Assembly: GCA_010356995.1 (NCBI GenBank)
Contig: ML996698.1
Location: forward strand, 617,923 to 681,922
DNA length: 64,000 bases
Origin: Trichodelitschia bisporula
Lineage: Eukaryota
Reading direction: 5' to 3'
Positions 1 through 13,421 of the stretch are shown here, piece after piece (position 1 is the stretch's first letter; each line of letters begins with the position of its first letter). The translations under genes were made by a program, and so were the position numbers. The notes under the pieces were generated by a model, which searched no databases, was not told where the DNA came from, and was given only the letters and a program-made list of their open reading frames with translations.

Positions 1-586
1 GGTGGTTGGTACGGAACTGGAGCGAGCGCGCACATCGGGATGGTATGATGAACAGGCGACGGAAAAGCGGAAACTGGAAACAGAGTCAGACTACGAGCCT
101 GTCTTTGTGGTTGCTGGGGTTCACGACGATGAGGTGATCAACCGGCACAAGGGGGTTAATTACCCCATCATGAACATCTTCGAGAGAGGATTATGCGTGT
201 TACAGTGCAAGGTATGGAGGCATAGATAGGCTATGTTAGGACTTGCTGACCGCGCCTAGTACATCAACGCCGTCGTCTTCTCCGCTCCCTTCGCGCCAGT
301 GGCCTCGTATCTGAAAGCCCTTCCCCACGGCATACCTGACGCCGTCTACCATGGTCCAACAGACTTCATGCCGACGGAACTGGACCCGTACGCCGACGCG
401 CGGCAGTTGGGCATCTTCTGTGAGATCCCGCACCACCCTTACTCGGAGATCAACGCCAGACAGATCGTCGAGCGCATTCTTAAAAATCGTTCTGAATTTG
501 AGGCTCGACAGAGGGCCAAGGGGTTCAAGGCGGAGCTTGAGGAGAAAATCCTGCAGCAGGAAGCGGAACAGGCGACGGCGATATAA
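1..586 (+). CDS. ECT1: Ethanolamine-phosphate cytidylyltransferase, 3' part (5' end outside window)
   Basis: VVAGVHDDEVINRHKGVNYPIMNIFERGLCVLQCK joined over a GT-AG intron (212-259, CTGAC branch) to YINAVVFSAPF...; stop TAA at 584-586. Matches the second cytidylyltransferase domain of Ect1/Muq1. Confidence 0.85.
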
Positions 587-838
587 TTCACGTGCACAGT
601 GGTCGGAGTTGGACGGCGCAGTTCACGTTAGATGGCAGAATGGGGAGTTTCAACCCGCATCCGGAGGGAATATAATTCAACTCATTTCTCTAATCATGGC
701 GAGTCTCCCGCTGGTTGGCTGCTCTGCAGCCTCTATCATTCTTTCCTAGCCTACGAACAGGGGTTGAGTTACTCGAGGAAATTCAAAGTACCCAAGAGAC
801 CAAAAAGAATACTTGGATAAAGCAAGACGTCGGGGTAT

Positions 839-2602
839 CTACAACTTGGCCTTTGGTTTCTCTGACTTCAGCATGGCTTCGGCCACTAGACGGCGCTGAA
901 TTTTGCCCGTTGCCGTCTTGGGCATGTTGTCTGTAAAGAAAATCTGCCCCAGATTAGCCTCACAGCCCTCCAAGATGGACATCAGTCTCGTGGCATACCT
1001 TTTTGGGCACCTTGAACTTGGCGACCCTTTCGGTAACCCACTTCCTCAGCTCATCCGCGCTGACTGTCTCGCCATCCTTGAGGACCACAGCAACTCCTAC
1101 ATCCTGTCCATAGTGCTCATCTTCGATGGCAAAGCTCACCGCCTCTCCAACAGCTGGATGTTGCGCAAGCACATTGTCCAGCTCAATCGGACTGATCTTC
1201 TCGCCACCTTTGTTAATCAATTCCTTGATCCGTCCCGTGATGAAAACATAACCATCGGCATCCTTCTTGCCCTGATCTCCGGTGCGGAAGAAGCCGTCCT
1301 TGGTGAAAGAGGAAGCGTTCGCCGAGGGGTTGTTCAAGTATCCGGGGGTGACATTCTCACCACGAATGCAAATTTCCCCCTCGGATCCAGTGGGGACCTC
1401 GGCACCAGCAGCGTCGAGGATGCGCACATCAACACCCTGTCCCAGGCCCACACTGCCCGGTATGCGCTTGCCAGGAGGAAGCGGGTTTGACGTCATTTGA
1501 TGGGCAGCCTCTGTCATGGCATAGGCCTCAAGCACGGGTGCATGGAGTGCTTTTTCCAAGTCGTGGAAGACCTTGGGGCTGAGTGGCGAGGAGCACGAAC
1601 GGATGAACCTGATGTTTGGTTTAGGGTTGGGGATTTCGCCTTTAAGCAGGATTTGATGCATGGTGGGCACTGCGGTGTACCAGTTGGCGCCATACGTGAT
1701 GAAGTCACGCCAGAAGTCCGAGGCGGAGAACTTCGGAGGCACAATGACAGAGGAGGCAGCGGCAAGAGGTGCGAGGAAACCGGCCAGAAGACCATGGACA
1801 TGGAATAACGGCATTACGAGATATGTCCGGTCCGCAGGTGTAAGCGCGTAGGTGTTCTTGATGTTTTCTGTAACGCAATTAGAGTGGCAATCAGAGCGAC
1901 GACTGATAAGTATCTTTCATACTCATTGTTCTGGTCAAGTTGCGGTGGGTCAAGGGGACAGCCTTGGGCCGTCCAGTTGTGCCACTCGTGTGGAGTACCA
2001 GCGCAACATCTTCCGGTTGTGCTTGCAGCACTTGTAGGTTGCCTTTGCCCTTGAGCTTTCCCGGATCCTTAAGATCAAGGACAACTTCTTTGCCGTTCCA
2101 GTAGCATTCTGCAATGGCGGCCTGGTACTTGCGTGCTGCGCGAACAGCATCAGCATCCTTTGCGAAAGCACCCTGGGGCACAAGAGCAAGCGCCGAGCTG
2201 AGGTCGTCGATGTAGAACTCGAATTCACTCTTCTTGTACGCCGGATTCAAAGGTGCCGCGATGCTGAAATCAATTAGCGTGCTACTCGTCTCGTGAAAGA
2301 GGAGGATGCATACGCCCGCTGCCAGGCTGAAGCCAAGAAGGATATCTGTGTATCAAAAATATGAATGAGTACTTGGGACACAGGGGAGCGGTGTGGACAA
2401 TGCGCACTATAAATTCATAGCTATTCGGAAGTGCAATTGACACAGCAGCACCGTGGCCAATGCCTAGGGCCGCAAGCTTCTTCTGAAATGAACTGATTTC
2501 AGCGGTCAATTGCGAGAAGGAGAGGGTCAGCGGAGACGCGCCGGGCACGATAACGGCCGTCGCATCAGACTGGCGGGGGAATGAAGTGAGCAAAGTGGCC
2601 AT
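839..2602 (-). CDS. PCS60: Peroxisomal acyl-CoA synthetase / oxalate-CoA ligase (AMP-binding family), multi-exon
   Basis: AMP-binding motif LHTSGTTGRPK, plus YAMTE, FRTGD, GRIKELINKGGEK and PKTATGKIQR. The spliced last exon ends KPKAKL*, a PTS1. Confidence 0.9.
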
Positions 2603-3124
2603 TGGAGACTGCGAGGATCACGTAGACTTAAACAAAGGCAAGACGAGGATGATGGCGATGTACAAGAACGATGATTAAGGGCGAGTTCGAGGGAAAGGGG
2701 AGGAGAAAAGATAGATTCATGAGCTGTCATCACTTCCCACCACTCTCACCTCGGACAAGACGATGATGAAATGCCGAGACACCAGGCCTTGGCGGATGCG
2801 GTTCGCCAGATGTGGCTAGGTGGTTGACTAGCGGTGGCTGGTGAGCTCCACCGATGTGGCTTAGGAACTCGCTCTCCCGAACCGCAGCCCCGACTCCTTC
2901 TTGGCGAGGCTTGGCCGATCCCCTCGATTGCCCGCCTCTCATTCACGCCTCATCCAATTCTCCACTCGAGCAACCTCCAAAAGTCGCTGGAATCGCATAT
3001 CGAATCAGTCACTCAGCCAGCCAACACCGCGCACTCGATACCGCATTATTCTGTAGATTTTGCAAAACCTATCGTCTGGGCCTCTGGCTTTTCTCGTTAC
3101 CCTCCAGCAGCTCGCGCCCACACC

Positions 3125-4928
3125 ATGGCGAACAGTAATCCTCGGTCTAAACTGTCGCTTTATGCGAACCTTCTGAATCCGAATGCCGGCTCTTCGGCTG
3201 GCGTCATATCCAGTGAACCTGTCATCTACAAGCAACAGGAGCCCGAAGACAAGCCGAAGAAACAAATCGATCTTGGTACCTCTCTTCCAGCTAGAATCTT
3301 TGTTTCCCCAGGCGCCATGCTCACGTTTCTCGAGGGGCGCTACGCTTTGCGCCGCCAAAGCGGCCACAGATTGCAACCCAGAAGCAGAAGCTAAAGGCCA
3401 AACCACTGCCTAAGGCCTTTCCGCCTGTTCAAAGCTCGAGTTCGCCAGACAAGGCCGGGCCTCAAGTACAGACATCCACGCTCGCCGACTGGGTGCAGAC
3501 CAACGACGACGTAGAGTTCTTCGCTGGTGAAAACAAGCAGTACAAACGAGGCGGCCGCAAGAAGCGCAAGAAGGTCCAGGAGGAGTTCCAGGAAGCACTC
3601 AACTGGGACGACATCTACGACCCACGCCGGCCTAATGCCTACGCCGACTTCAAAAACAGCGATGAGTATTACATCTCCAAACGCGAGTTTAAGGACTCCC
3701 TCTATCCACCTCGCCCTCGCCAGAAGTCGTTAGGGGCCACTAGCGATGAAGAGAGTGGATCGGAGCGCCCAATGAACCGTACGTTACCAGCTTTGTGTTG
3801 GCAGGCTCCCGGCTAACGTGTCAGGTGGATTTGCGCCATCGCATTTTGCACCACCCCCCATCAAAAGCCATACCATTGATCGTAGCAGAACCGCTTCACC
3901 AGTGAAGGGAGCTGACTATGAGTCGGGAGAATCTGCCTACCAGCAACGTGTCCGTTTAGCGCGGGAGGCTGAAAATCGGGATCGCGCCTTATCATCTCGC
4001 CGTGAGTCTCCTCAGCCACAACCACGGCTCGCTCAGGCTTTCGTTTCCGCTGGTGCTCCTCCGGCGCCACCTCTAGCCTTCGTTTCCGCAGCTGGTAATC
4101 CTCCGCCACCTGGCATAGCACCGCCCGCTCCCAAAGTCCACCCTTCGGCTGTCATATCTGCTGCTCCTGTGCGTTATGCCATGCCAGCTCCCTCTGATGA
4201 TCTGCCAGCTACGGAGGAAGAACTTCAACAGGTGCTGCAAGAGCATGCGTTGGCGCAAGAACAGGAAGAAGAGGAGGAGGCGCAGGCCAGGCGCTCGAAC
4301 CGACCGGGTCAAAAGGGCTTTGCCAAACGACTCATGGAAAAGTATGGCTGGAAGAAGGGCACTGGTCTAGGCGCCCAGGGAACGGGTATCACTACGGCCT
4401 TGAGGGTCCAGCTTGAGAAGCGGAAGAAGAAGTCAGATGCTGAAGGCGGCGGCTATGTCAATCGGGCAGGGATGGGCAAGATCGTTGGAGGCGCAAAGAA
4501 AAAGGTGCCTGGCGAGAAGGAGGAGCCTTCAATGAGCACCGTCGTCATTTGCCATGGTATGCTTGACGGGTTAGACCTCGATTATGAGATGGGCCCGGAT
4601 GGAGACCTTGTTCAAGAAATCGGGGAAGAGTGCGGCAAAAAGGTCAGTGCCATATGCGCTACTTGCAAGTCTGATGCTGACAATGCGTTCAGTATGGCCA
4701 TCTTCAGCGGGTATATGTGGATCGACAAGCAGAGGTTCAGAGCGTCCCTGTGTATCTCAAATTTACAAGTCCACTTTCGGCGTTACGCGTAAGTCCGTAT
4801 ATTCCCCGGAGAATCATGACTGATCACAGTTTTAGGCTGTAAGCTCACTGGATGGCCGCATTTTCAATGGCAACAACGTGAAGGCCGAGTTCTTCGACGA
4901 GGACCAGTTTGCTACCGTTATCGCGTAG
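3125..4928 (+). CDS. G-patch + C-terminal RRM/UHM splicing factor (SPF45/RBM17/DRT111-like), 5 exons
   Basis: LSLYANLL N-terminus; NWDDIYDPRRPNAYADFK; G-patch GFAKRLMEKYGWKKGTGLG; UHM with VYLKFTSPLSALRAVSSLDGRIFNGN; stop TAG at 4926-4928. Confidence 0.85.
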
Positions 4929-5501
4929 CGAACTGCCATGTGTGTCATCATCTTGTATCTGGCTATTTAGCGCATCGTTTGAGTAGATATGTGTGTCAAT
5001 AGTGTCCCCATTCTGGAGTTGGAGTGTGAACTGCTGAAACTGCCTTTTTTACCAGCATGCCTTGATCCCAACCCTGTGTGTTGGTCGGCTAGCACCGGCA
5101 GGGCGCGGAGTGCAGATATATCATACGGACGCCCTATGAACGACAACCGGTCGCTAAAAGAAGCATCATGCCGCATCATACTGCCGGAGCTAGTGCACTG
5201 TGACGGCATCCGAGCCAATTGAGCAAATCGACCCATCACTGCTTTCAATTGGCCCTGCGATATCGGCGTCAACTGGGTGTAAGGCTCGGGATCCATCTGG
5301 AGCGTTGAGACTCAATTTCCCCATCGCAGTTCCGCGCGTGCCGTGGTTAATGCAGCGCGCATATCCGCTTCGACGATGACTCCTTGGACCCCGAATGATG
5401 AGTCCCTCACCCCGCGTCCCAGTTGTCGTTTAAGGTCCCCCACACTTGACATAAATCGTGTCTCCATCCGAGAAAAACCCCACCACCCTGTGCATTTCGC
5501 C

Positions 5502-6813
5502 ATGAGTCCCTCCGCAGTCCCGGTCAGCGCCTCATCTCTAGCAGCCAATGACACTGCCCGCACAATCACCAAAACAGCCGCCTCGATAACCAACCTACAA
5601 CCCGCCGACGCGCTCCCCGAACTCAATGCTGCCAACCTCGAGACCAATTTCACCGATGCGCCGCGCTCCCTTCCTCACCGCGGCTCCCCCGAGGAGGCCT
5701 CACAAAGTGTCTGCACCGACCACATGGTGACGTGCCAGTGGACTGCGCAGACGGGATGGCAGGCGCCGAAGCTGCACGCGTACGGGCCGCTCCAGCTCAT
5801 GCCCACGGCGTCGGTGTTGCACTACGCTACTGAGTGTTTCGAGGGCATGAAGCTGTACCGCGGATTTGACGGCAAGCTGCGGCTTTTCCGGCCAAAGCTG
5901 AATACAGCGCGTATGCTGATGTCGGCCACACGCATCGCGCTGCCTGCTTTCAATCCTGAGGAGCTGCTGAAGCTGATTGTGACGCTGTGTGCGACGGATG
6001 GTCCGAAATGGCTACCTAAGGAGCGGCCTGGGTCGTTTCTGTATATCCGACCCACGATGATCGCGAATGATCCTGCACTTGGCGTGCAGAAGCCGAAGCA
6101 GGCGCTGCTCTATGTTATACTTTGTTGCTTCCCGGAGATGGATGCAAAACCAGCTGGTATGAAACTGCTGGCGTCTAAGGAGGATATGGTGCGGGCATGG
6201 CCTGGAGGTTTCGGGTTCGCGAAAGTGGGGGCGAATTACGGCCCTACGTGAGTCGTTCATTTCGTATCTGATGATCAGTGCCTTTAACATGCCATACAGA
6301 CTCGTTTGCCAGGGGGAAGCCCGCGCCCGCGGTTATGATCAGATCCTTTGGCTCTACGGAAAGGAAGGGCAGGTCACCGAAGCTGGCGCGAGCAACTTTT
6401 TCGTCGTTTGGCGCACACCGGAGGGGAAGACACAGCTTGTTACCGCTCCGCTCAGTAATGGAGGCGGGCAACTCATCCTGGACGGCGTGACACGGCGCAG
6501 CGTGGTAGAACTTGTCAGCACTCGCCTACACGATGAACTTGAGATCGTGGAGCGCAAGTACGATATTGGAGAGGTTATGAAAGCCGCAGATGAAGGTCGC
6601 TTGCTGGAAGCTTTTGCCGCGGGGACCGCCTTCTTCATCGCTGGAGTTGGTGAGATCGCGTGGAAGGAGAGGGTCCTGAAGCTTAAAGTTGGGGATGACG
6701 GGTGCGGGAAGTATGCCGGACAGGTGAAGGCATGGATGAGGGAGATCATGTACGGCAAGGAGGACAATGCCTGGGGATATGTGGTAAACGAGACCGGGGT
6801 TCCCAGGAGCTGA
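5502..6813 (+). CDS. Branched-chain amino acid aminotransferase (class IV PLP), 2 exons
   Basis: LHYATECFEGMK, LYIRP, PLP lysine in GFAKVGANY, TEAGASN, ILDGVTR, EAFAAGTA; intron begins GTGAGT at 6248. Start ATG 5502 is inferred. Confidence 0.9.
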
Positions 6814-7111
6814 AGTTCCTCACGCCAATTGAACTGTAAAAGCGACAATGGGTAGACATTGATTGAGAGCAAAAATACTGATGTTCAATGTACGATATGC
6901 GGTTCGTCTGCACGACCTCACTACGCTCGGCATCAGCCATCAGCCATCAGCCCGGTAGCTCCAGCCGACCCCGCCCGAAACCGGAGCTCGGTACGGCCCG
7001 CCTGGTGTCGTCATGCCAAGTGCAGCCACCGAAAATCATTTCCGCAGATCTTCTTACCCCTCCATCCTCGCCGACATCCTGTACGCACATCCACATCACC
7101 ACCCCGCCGCC

Positions 7112-8422
7112 ATGTCCTCATCATCACCACCTTACCGCCTCTCACCGCTTGCAACCCTCACTCCCGCCAGCACAAGCCGCACCTGGCTCTCAGCACCACA
7201 CCCGACTCTCCCTCTCGTCGCAACAGCCACATCCGACAAATCCGTCCGCGTCTACTCCCTCACCACCTTCACGCTCATCAGCTCTATAGCCGGCGGCCAC
7301 AAGCGGAGCATCCGTTCCTGCGCTTGGAAGCCAAACACACGAGGCGAATCCGTGCTCGCGACGGGCAGCTTCGATGCCAGTGCTGGGATATGGCGGCGGG
7401 CGGAGAACGACGCTGCGGTCGAGGAGGTGGATTTCACCCGGCGGGGAGCACGGGGCGATGACAGTGACGAGGAAGGCGGAGACGAGGACGAGTGGCAATT
7501 TTCGGTGATTCTGGATGGGCATGACTCGGAGATCAAGAGCGTGGCTTGGAGTGCGGGGGGGCAGTTTCTGGCGACGTGTAGTCGGGACAAGAGTGTGTGG
7601 GTGTGGGAGGAGATTGATGAGGATTCGTTTGAGACGATTGCTGTGCTGCAGGAGCACGAGGCGGATGTCAAGTGTGTGGCGTGGCACCCGATGGAGGACC
7701 TCCTCGCGAGCGGAAGCTACGACGATACGATCCGGTTGTACAGGGAGGACCTGGACGACTGGACATGCGTGGCTGTGCTCTCGGGACATAAGGCGACTGT
7801 GTGGTGTGTGACCTTTGAGCCTTCAGGCCTTAAGGTTCTCGAGAGTGACGATATGGCACCCGAGAGGCGAGAGGTGCTGGAGGCCCGGAAAAAGGGTGGC
7901 CCGAGACTTCTCAGTTCGTCAGACGACCAGACCATCCGTCTCTGGAGACGCAAGCCAAAGGACACACCGGCGCCCCCAACTGGCCAAGGCAGAATGCCCA
8001 GTATCATTCGGAGCAACAGCATTGAAGAGGATTGGTTCGAGGAAACTCAACTGCCGCAGAGGCATAGCCGGACCATATACTCGGTATCTTGGAGCCCGAT
8101 CTCTGGCATGATAGTCAGCACTGGCAGTGATGGTAAAATCGTCGTCTATAAGGAGCAGTGGAGAGACAACAGCGGGCCTCGAACTGCCATGGAACCGCTC
8201 AACACTGCGGTTCAGGACCAGCCTGAGGCGGTCGTCAAGCCAGTCGCAAGTACCGAATGGGTCGTCGTGGCCGAAGTCGAGGCTTCGCATGACGTCTACG
8301 AAGTCAACCATGTCTGTTGGACTAAGAGGAGAGACAAGGGCAGACGGTCAGAAGATGAAGAGATAATTCTGAGTACCGGTGATGACGGGGAGGTCAAGGT
8401 CTGGACACTGGAGACGGAATAA
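7112..8422 (+). CDS. CIA1: Cytosolic iron-sulfur assembly WD40 protein
   Basis: GHKRSIRSCAWKP, LATGSFDAS, DGHDSEIKSVAWS, LATCSRDKSVWVW, LQEHEADVKCVAWHP, YEVNHVCW; single exon. The in-frame ATG at 7013 is an alternative start. Confidence 0.93.
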   Translation: MSSSSPPYRLSPLATLTPASTSRTWLSAPHPTLPLVATATSDKSVRVYSLTTFTLISSIAGGHKRSIRSCAWKPNTRGESVLATGSFDASAGIWRRAENDAAVEEVDFTRRGARGDDSDEEGGDEDEWQFSVILDGHDSEIKSVAWSAGGQFLATCSRDKSVWVWEEIDEDSFETIAVLQEHEADVKCVAWHPMEDLLASGSYDDTIRLYREDLDDWTCVAVLSGHKATVWCVTFEPSGLKVLESDDMAPERREVLEARKKGGPRLLSSSDDQTIRLWRRKPKDTPAPPTGQGRMPSIIRSNSIEEDWFEETQLPQRHSRTIYSVSWSPISGMIVSTGSDGKIVVYKEQWRDNSGPRTAMEPLNTAVQDQPEAVVKPVASTEWVVVAEVEASHDVYEVNHVCWTKRRDKGRRSEDEEIILSTGDDGEVKVWTLETE

Positions 8423-9219
8423 ACACCAGTCTCCACACCACCCAAGCATGCAACATAGCCCCGCTTGAAGCTCAGGCCCCATGAACATATCACAATCACT
8501 GTGGTCCGCTCCTAAGCGCGCTAAAGGTTCTGAAAAGGTAGATTCGGAGCACCCACGCTGTGCGGCCCGCATGTGCAAGGGTATCCAATAGCAAAGGATC
8601 TGTGTACAACAACTCGTGCTCCTTTTGATTGTCCTTGCAACCTCAATCGTCTCGCCGCCTTGTCAGTTCCATCTCCCCGCAAAGGCCAACGGCAAATATA
8701 AAATCGCTGTTGAACCTAAGCCTACTCCTCCGCTGCGCTGTCGCCCACTTCAGCCTTCCTGCTGATGGACGATGCTACAAAGTTTCCGTAATCTCGCAAT
8801 ATCCGTTCCGACTCGCTGCAACATCTCCGGTGATTCACAACGAGTTTACCCGCCATCGCAAAATAAGCGAGTAGTGTGACCTCCGAGACTCGGTCCTGCA
8901 TGTCTGACAACTCTTGGATATAAGTCAGGGACAAACTGACGGTCCTCGACCCATCAAATCAACTGTTGACATCCGTCCATGGAAACATATAGTGCCTGAA
9001 AGTGGAAGACGTTCAGGAAAGCACCATCAGCTTGGCGAAACAGTTATCCAATGTGGAAGTGCAGAGCAAATAATCTCAAGAGCATCAGGACCCATGTCCG
9101 TTCAACAGGAGTTTGCAACATGATGTAGGTAATGGCCATGGATGAGTTCGAAACGATGTAGAATAATTGCAAGGCCGGTCCGGACTGCGGATCTCTCACC
9201 CGAGCAGCTAAAATTTCAT

Positions 9220-12200
9220 TCATTTGACATCGTCCGATCCGTCCGCAGGCATTGAAGCACCTCCAACAGGAGGTATACCCTGCGGCGGCATCGGGTGAGG
9301 CATCATCTGCTGCTGAAAGCTAGCGCTAGGCGTGGGGCGATGAGGCTGCTGAGGGTACTGCGGCTGATGTGACCCTGAAAAGTGGGCTTGATGGTTGGGG
9401 TAATGGTTGCGCATCTGGGCCACTAGACAGCTGTTAGCTAAAAGCATGTGTGAATGCATTAGGGTCAAGTACTTGGTGCTGTGGGCAGCTGCGAGTATGC
9501 TGGCGGGCCATGACCACCTTGCTGCATGAAGACGACGGGCTGAGGGTGGCCCTGCTGGGAGTTTTGATGGGTCATCATAGGCGCAGGTCGAGGGCTGGAA
9601 TACCCATTGGCGGCCGAGTGTGACGGCATGGGACCATGCTGATAGACCTGAGCCGGGCCGGGTGTGTACATCTGAACCCCAGGGGTCATGGAAACGCCCA
9701 CGTACGAGCCATTCGACGCCTGGGTAGTCATCATATGCCCGCCTATAGCGGCACCTTGGGGCGCCATGAACTGGGGACCGCCGCCAGACATCTGCCTCAT
9801 ATTCATAGGGTGACCATTAGGGTTCATCCCATACGGCATGGCAGGCTGATAGACCATTTGCTGAGGAGCCTGTCCGTTGTATGAGATGAATGGCTGCATA
9901 GGGCGGGGAGGTGGGTTGAGGGTCGACGTAGATGCAGAGTATTGCATCCGGTGATCATCGAAGTGGTGAGGGCCACCCGGTCCGCCATGATGAGGTTGAA
10001 CGGGTAGATGGCGAGGGGTTTGGTGCGGAGTATGACCTTGGGGCATTGGAGGGCCCTGCGGGATATGCTGTGGCATCTGGTGCTGTACAACCGGGGGATG
10101 CGGCAAAGCGGGATGCTGTGGCGAAATGGACGGTACTCGAGGCTGGACCTTTTCAAACATCTCGATATATGTTTTAGCGTTGTCCCTTGGTGCATCCCAC
10201 GTAGGCGGCGTGCGGTAGGCTTGCGGTATTCCGCCATTGCTAGCGAAATCCTTTGCCCTCTTTGAGGCTTCTGCCTCTTTCTTCATACGGGCAACGGGGT
10301 TGAACGCTTGTCTTATGGCAACCCGCTCGGAAGCAGGGGTCGGTCCCCGACGGCCCTCGAGGAAGCGGCCTGAAGTGATCTTGTGCTCTGGAGTCCGAGC
10401 AGGTACCTCACGCGCAGGACTAGATGCAGCACTCGCCGGACCAGTAGTCGGCAGGAAGGTACTCGCAGCAGGATTCGGCCGAAACTCCATTGCTTTGGCG
10501 TTGAACCTAGCGGCTCCAGATGGGCTCTGCAACCCACTGGAAGTCGAAGATGGGCCAGTTGGTGGCACACGGGCATCATGGACAGGGACTGGTTGGTGGA
10601 GATTGGGAGGCATGATGGCTCCCTGGCGGTACTGCTGCTGCGCAAGCCGCTGCACAAGATGGCCAGGACCTTGCCGCGGCGAGACAGTATTGCTAGGCTG
10701 CGCCACGGGCCGCTCTGCACCACGTGGCTGTGTGAAGTTTTGCGGGCCTGGCCGGTTGCGAGGTGGGTTTTGTCGGTCGTTGGGCGCCAGAGGTGAAGCA
10801 TGGCTGGCTTCATTGCGGGGAGCTGGCGCCTTGGGTGTCTTCTGATCCATCGGGGTTGTGCTCGTTGTCGGGTTGCGAGGCGGAGTGGTCTTCACGATCT
10901 CTTTGGCATTTTGTTTTGCCTTCTCAACAATTTCCCGCTGCTTGATCTCATCTTTGGCGAGAATGGGAACCAAATCGGGCGGAACTTCGGTGTTCAGCTT
11001 GAAGTTCTCGGCAAACTTCTTCAAGTCATTTAACTTGACAGCCTTGTCTTGCCGAGCCAAGTTTCGTTGATGCTGTTGAATCTTTAGGCGCTCCTGTGCA
11101 TGAAACTGCTTAAAGGCATCAACAACGTCCTTTTCGACGGTTGCGGTGGCCGTAACACCAGCACCACGATTGATCAATGGAGAAATAGCGTGCGCCTGTT
11201 TGACGGGATGAAGTTGGGCCTGTATCCTCTCAGTCGCCTGCTTCGGTGGCCCCGCCGCTGCAGGCTCAAGAGATTTGGATTCTGTCTTCTGCGCGCCGCT
11301 GCGAGGTTGCGCGAGTACTGCCGCTGGCTCTGTGACCGGTGTCTTCTCCGGTAGCTGAGCAGTGGCACGCTCAGTGGACGACACAGGCTTCGGGGCAACG
11401 TTGTCGGGGTGCGCAAAGGCTGACGAAATAATAGCCGGATCAACGGGGGCACCGGGAACGGTGGCCTGGCCTGTGGGAGCCCGACGGGCAGGAGGGGTGT
11501 ACTTGTTTGGCTGACCAGATGCAAGCGAGGGGAAATCACGGTGCACTCCGCTGTACCTAAGAACTGTTAACACGGACTCCTTCTACCCAGTCAGTTGTAC
11601 TCACTTAGACTCCTCATCGGCATCATCAGCTGTCCGGAGACCGCGCTCTTCAGCGACGTGCGAGTTGTTTGTAGCTGAACCTTCGATTTCCCGGGCAATT
11701 CGGTCGGCCCTAGCCGCCTGCTCATGGTACCGAGGGTTTGACTTGTCAATGGTGGTCGTGTAGAAGCTCTCATCGTAATTGCTTTCCACACCATAGAGAC
11801 GCTTGTTGGTCTCAAACTGGTCCCATGTCCCTTCTTTGGCATCCAGTGACATATCGACGGCATGGTCCGGTGAAGGTTCCCACTTTTGTAGCTCTCGTTC
11901 GCGAGGAGCGAAGCCAGCCGATATGTCAGCATCCGTCTTGAACGTACTAGAAACACCTGTTGTTCATATGTTAGCAAACTTCATGCTCGAGGCCTATGTT
12001 GTAGAAGTTCCTACCATTCGCGCCCTTTGGTTGGTGCTTATCGAAGCGGACACTCGCCGTGGCCTTGAAGTCAACGACATCTTGCATGTTGAACGACATT
12101 GCATGGTCAGGGCCGGATCCAATGTACTCGTCAGTAGCTCCGCTAGTCTGCTTCCCCGGAGACGACTGTTTCTTGACCATTTTCAGAGCGTAACGATTGG

Positions 12201-12958
12201 TCGGACCGTCTAATATGGCAGTTGAGAAGATGCCGGAGTACACTTCTCCGGACTTGAGGTAAATGGCCACTTGCAGTCCCTAGATACTGTGTCAACACTG
12301 ATCTTACGGTTCCCCGGATGGTTGTATTGGGATCTGGAGCATTGGAGACCACGAACCACTAAGCTGGAAAGCAGAGACACCACACGATCGGACGCATGCC
12401 TGTCTGAGGTGTTTACCTCCTTTGCCGTAGTAGAAGCACCCTTTTGGGCAGGCTTGCCGGTTGCCGGGCCAATGCCATTGACCACAGGGCTCCCAGTGGT
12501 ACGGTGTGTAAGGGGGTTCGGACTGCCCTTTTGCCAGGCGTTCGGAGTAGGTGCTTTCCTATAGTTGGGATTTTGTTAGCATCGTATTAATGAGAGTAGG
12601 CAGGTCGCAACCAAGAACGGCAACGGCGCTGGTCAGTTGGTATTAGGCTTGAGGAGCTTGATATGACATTATTCAGAATGTAATGCGATCGTGACAGGTA
12701 TCGACGACTCGTCTTCCGATATCTAGCCTCGAGAGAAAAGGGTCAAGTAACAGCGGAGGTTGGGGAAGCAAAAAAAAAAACCGCTTACCTGGCACCTTGG
12801 TCCATCGGACTTCCAGCCTGCTTGCGGGAACCGTCGAGAATCTTTCCATTGGTGTTCATCTTGCCCTGCGACCTGTTGCCGCTCGCAGGAGAAGCCGCTG
12901 TGGAGGTGTTCGCCTGTCCAGACGAGCTGTTGATGGAGAAGGCGGACGTCGTCGACAT
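9220..12958 (-). CDS. PBP1: Poly(A)-binding-protein-binding protein / ataxin-2 homologue, multi-exon
   Basis: Lsm-like LKSGEVYSGIFS; LsmAD WDQFETNKRLYGVESNYDESFYTTTID...ADRIAREIE; PAM2-like FNAKAMEFRPNPAASTF; P/Q/M-rich tail. First exon MSTTSAFS from 12958 with donor GTAAGC at 12789. Confidence 0.9.
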
Positions 12959-13330
12959 GGATGGAGATGGTCCAAGTCAAGTCGGAGGGTATGGGTGCGC
13001 TCCCGGAACGAAGCTACAGGGGTTGGGGAGTCAGTGCCGCAGCAAAAGGTTATTGTGGAGGGAGCGTAATTGGCAAGGCACAAAGGGAGAGGGGGGGAGA
13101 GAGGGATGGGGGGACGCGAAGTCCAAAGAGAAAAGGAGGTGCGGAAGTTCAAATGGATGTAGAGTTGAGATGGTTGAGGGTATGATAAAGGTGATGTGGG
13201 GAAGGAGGAGGGGAGGGGGCGCGAAGGCTGAGAAGGTGTGTGGAGGGTAGTGATGGTGGAGAGTTTAAGGTAAGGTGTGTATGTGTGTGTGTGGTGGAGG
13301 TGCAGTTGCAGCGCGTGGTGCTTGGGGGGT

Positions 13331-13421
13331 GGGGGGAGGGGGTTCACTGGTGGTGGTGGGATGTGTGGGCAAGGGGGGGGGGGGGAGGGGGTTCACTGGT
13401 GGTGGTGGGATGTGTGGGCAA
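13331..13421. repeat. Tandem duplication of a 42-bp G-rich unit (period 49)
   Basis: GGGGGGAGGGGGTTCACTGGTGGTGGTGGGATGTGTGGGCAA at 13331-13372 and 13380-13421, joined by a G run. Confidence 0.9.
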
